NCBI GenBank assembly: GCA_028534125.1
Contig: CM052838.1
Span: forward strand, 62,930,001 to 62,994,000
Source: Lama glama
Lineage: Eukaryota
DNA: 64,000 nt
Reading direction: 5' to 3'
Part shown: in pieces, positions 61,565-64,000 of the stretch
How the letters are laid out: each line of letters starts with the position of its first letter
Position numbering within the stretch: position 1 is the stretch's first letter
Made by a program: the position numbers and the translations under genes
Notes under the pieces: generated by a model
Databases searched by the model: none
Told to the model about the DNA's origin: nothing
The model's input: the letters and a program-made list of their open reading frames with translations, nothing else

Positions 61565-63639
61565 AGTCTTTGGTGGGGCAGCTCTGAGGCTAAGGGGATT
61601 CTTGGATTCATAAGACAGAGGTAAAGTCTTGTCTTGAACAAGTTTAGACTTAGATCTTGCTTTTGTTCTAGTTGCTTCTGGAACAGCTGAGCTGGGATCC
61701 TGGTACCAGGGTCTGCTGGACACAGGCTGTCATCCCAGTGAACTGGCTTCCTCCCTGAGGTCTCCTGCTCTTTGTTCCTCCCTCTGGGAACGTGGTCCTC
61801 TCCTGCTTCCACTCTCCTACCTCCCTTGTGTGGGGAGGCCCCTCTCTGGCCACTCACCAGTCTCATCCAGCCTGCACATCATCATCACACTGCACTGTAT
61901 CTGGAGGCACCCGGGGCAGGGTGGGAGTTGTCACACACAAGCAGGTGAAGCTGAGTGTCCGGGCAACCCCTCTCGGACGCCGAGGCTGCCCCTGGCAAGC
62001 ACTGCCTGCACACACCCCAGCAGGCGAGGCAGATGGGGCCGAGAAGAAGAATAATTAGCCTCCGCATCACTGGGTTCAGGCTGATACTTGGAACCAAGTA
62101 TGACATCAAGTCATTTCCAGGGGGACAGAAAATGTCACGAAGATGGGGATTCTGCGGAGGCTGCTGCTGGGAGCAAACAAGAGAAAGGTATTAACTCTTG
62201 CAGAGGTGTGCGGCCCTGAAGGTGGTTTTTCTTAGCTACAGGCTGGAAACTGCTCCTTTCTGAGGCTGCCACCCTCAAAATCAGTCCCTGGGGGGCTCGG
62301 GGAGCCCACCTCAGGCCTAAAGATTTGTTTTCCTTTTCTACAAAGTCTGCGATTTCAGCGTCTATTTGTGTCTGTTATGCAGAAAGACATTCCTGCCGGC
62401 TGCAAAGGCCTGGGATCCCGGGCTTAGAAATGGAAATTTCCCCTTCTCCTCCAGCAGCCACCAGCCCAAGTGATCCCCGAGGGGGCTGTTGGAGCATGAG
62501 GCCCCAAGACAGGAGGTCTGGCAAAGCACGGAAAGCGCGTCCTTGGAGTCTTGATCACGTAGCAGACACCGAGCTGCTGCTGGCATGGTTCTGACGTCCC
62601 TGCTGACTGTGGGGAGACGCGCCCAGCCCCTCTGGCCGAGCATCCCCAGGGAAGGCACCCGGGTGGTCCCTGCTCCCCGGGCACTCAGCTCGACCCCCAG
62701 GGGACCTGCTCCAGCAGCAGCGGCCCCCTTTCAGTCCCAGGGAGCAGCTGGGGAGTGGGCCGCCCGGCCCGGCCTGCGTGTGGGTCCTGACCTCACTCCT
62801 GCTGGGGACACGTCCCCTTCCTCGGAACCACCAGCCTTTCAGGTTCATTCAGCTACAGACCTGTGTGTGTGTCAGGGAGAGAGCGCTCCAGCAAAACAAA
62901 ACAAAACCCCGAACGGAGGCTGAATCTGCTCTTCAAAGTGTGGTTCCGATTTCCCGTTTGGTGGCTGCTCTGTAAGCTTCACTCTCAGCTGGGCCCCTGC
63001 CCTCGTGCGTCTGTGTCAGACTTTCCCCGCAGTTTGGGGGAGCTATGAATGCATCAATTGAGATAAACACCCTGTCGGGCTGACACATTTGGGAGGCTTA
63101 TTAAGGACTGGAAAGTGAGTGCTGCTTCAGAGTCTTCCCAGAGTGAGCCAAGCACTCCTTCCTTCCTTACGGAGAGGACCACAGAAACTTGGTGAAATTA
63201 TCCAAAACCCTCATCAAAGGAGCAGAAGCTTTCAGTCAGAAGCAGGATGCTGGGCAGGCAGGTGCTTAAAAGCGGCAGCTTTTAATGACTGGGACGGACC
63301 AGAACCCCCATCGCTCAGCTGGACAAAGCGACCAATTAACTATGTAAAGCCTGGCGATGGGGCCACCCCGCGCGGCTGCCGTGACTGCGATCTCAGGGCT
63401 CAGCCCCAAGTCCGTGTATCCAAATGTTGTAATATGTAGCTGTGTACATGCATTCGCAGTTTGTGCTGGGATAAAACAATATTTGATGCTTTTGGAGGCT
63501 GGGAAAATATTGACGGCAGGAGCTCTGTGATTTTAAAATTTCATTATAGAGGTTTCAGCTTTCTCTTCTCTTTCCCTAATCTTCTCTCCTTCTGCTCTGA
63601 AAAGCTGTACAAGACAATAATTCGGCAGAATGTACGGGC

Positions 63640-64000
63640 GTGGGTCCTCGGGAGCGCGGGGGCCCTGGGAGCCTCCTAGCAGGGGTGCAGGCAGCGGGGT
63701 GGGGCGGGGAGACCGCCTCATCAGACTCCGCCTGCGGGACCCCTCACAAGCGGGGCCTGGGCTCCACTGGCCTTGGTGACAGGACCAGCCTCCCTTCTTC
63801 CTGACCTTGCTCCTCAGTCACGGGGCCACCCAGGGGAAGGGCCGCATCTCACGTCCGCTCAGCCTGCCCACGTGCCCTCGGCTGGGCCGCGGAGGGTACC
63901 TGGGCTCCAGGGTGGCTCGGCCGCCAGGACTGTGGGGCCAACTCCTCCTCTCTTCTTGGTGCTCGTGAGGTCAGGACCTAGCGACTCTGGACTCAGGGCG
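63640..64000. other. GC/CpG-rich stretch at the window end (possible edge of a CpG island)
   Basis: High GC, many CpGs, GGGGCGGGG GC box; truncated by the window. Confidence 0.35.

Overview
Eutherian mammal genomic DNA with two assembly gaps. It is probably laurasiatherian: I see no Alu, B1, Bov-A or Can-SINE. I can support no intact protein-coding gene, and the ORF track is essentially noise plus decayed L1 ORF1/ORF2. The window is a mosaic of old interspersed repeats (L1M fragments including a nested ~7 kb L1 cluster, L2, MIR, MaLR MLT1, MLT2, LTR33-like, MER20) and three ERV1-type solo LTRs. Between them are repeat-free blocks rich in homeodomain/TALE motifs that look like conserved non-coding enhancers. 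The stand-out signal is on the minus strand at ~11,980-14,150: a fragmented but colinear fossil of a Kolobok-superfamily DNA-transposase gene. It shows a THAP-like N-terminus, then RxW..P, LSxAVFTxSS, HQxxxLEPxI, GGDxRCDSPG, SNE|intron|xxSxxxxxLE, TEHH (for TDRH)..KWMRDN and DxW-like motifs, and it still carries a 65-nt intron. Family assignments come from my recollection of consensus motifs, not from database searches.
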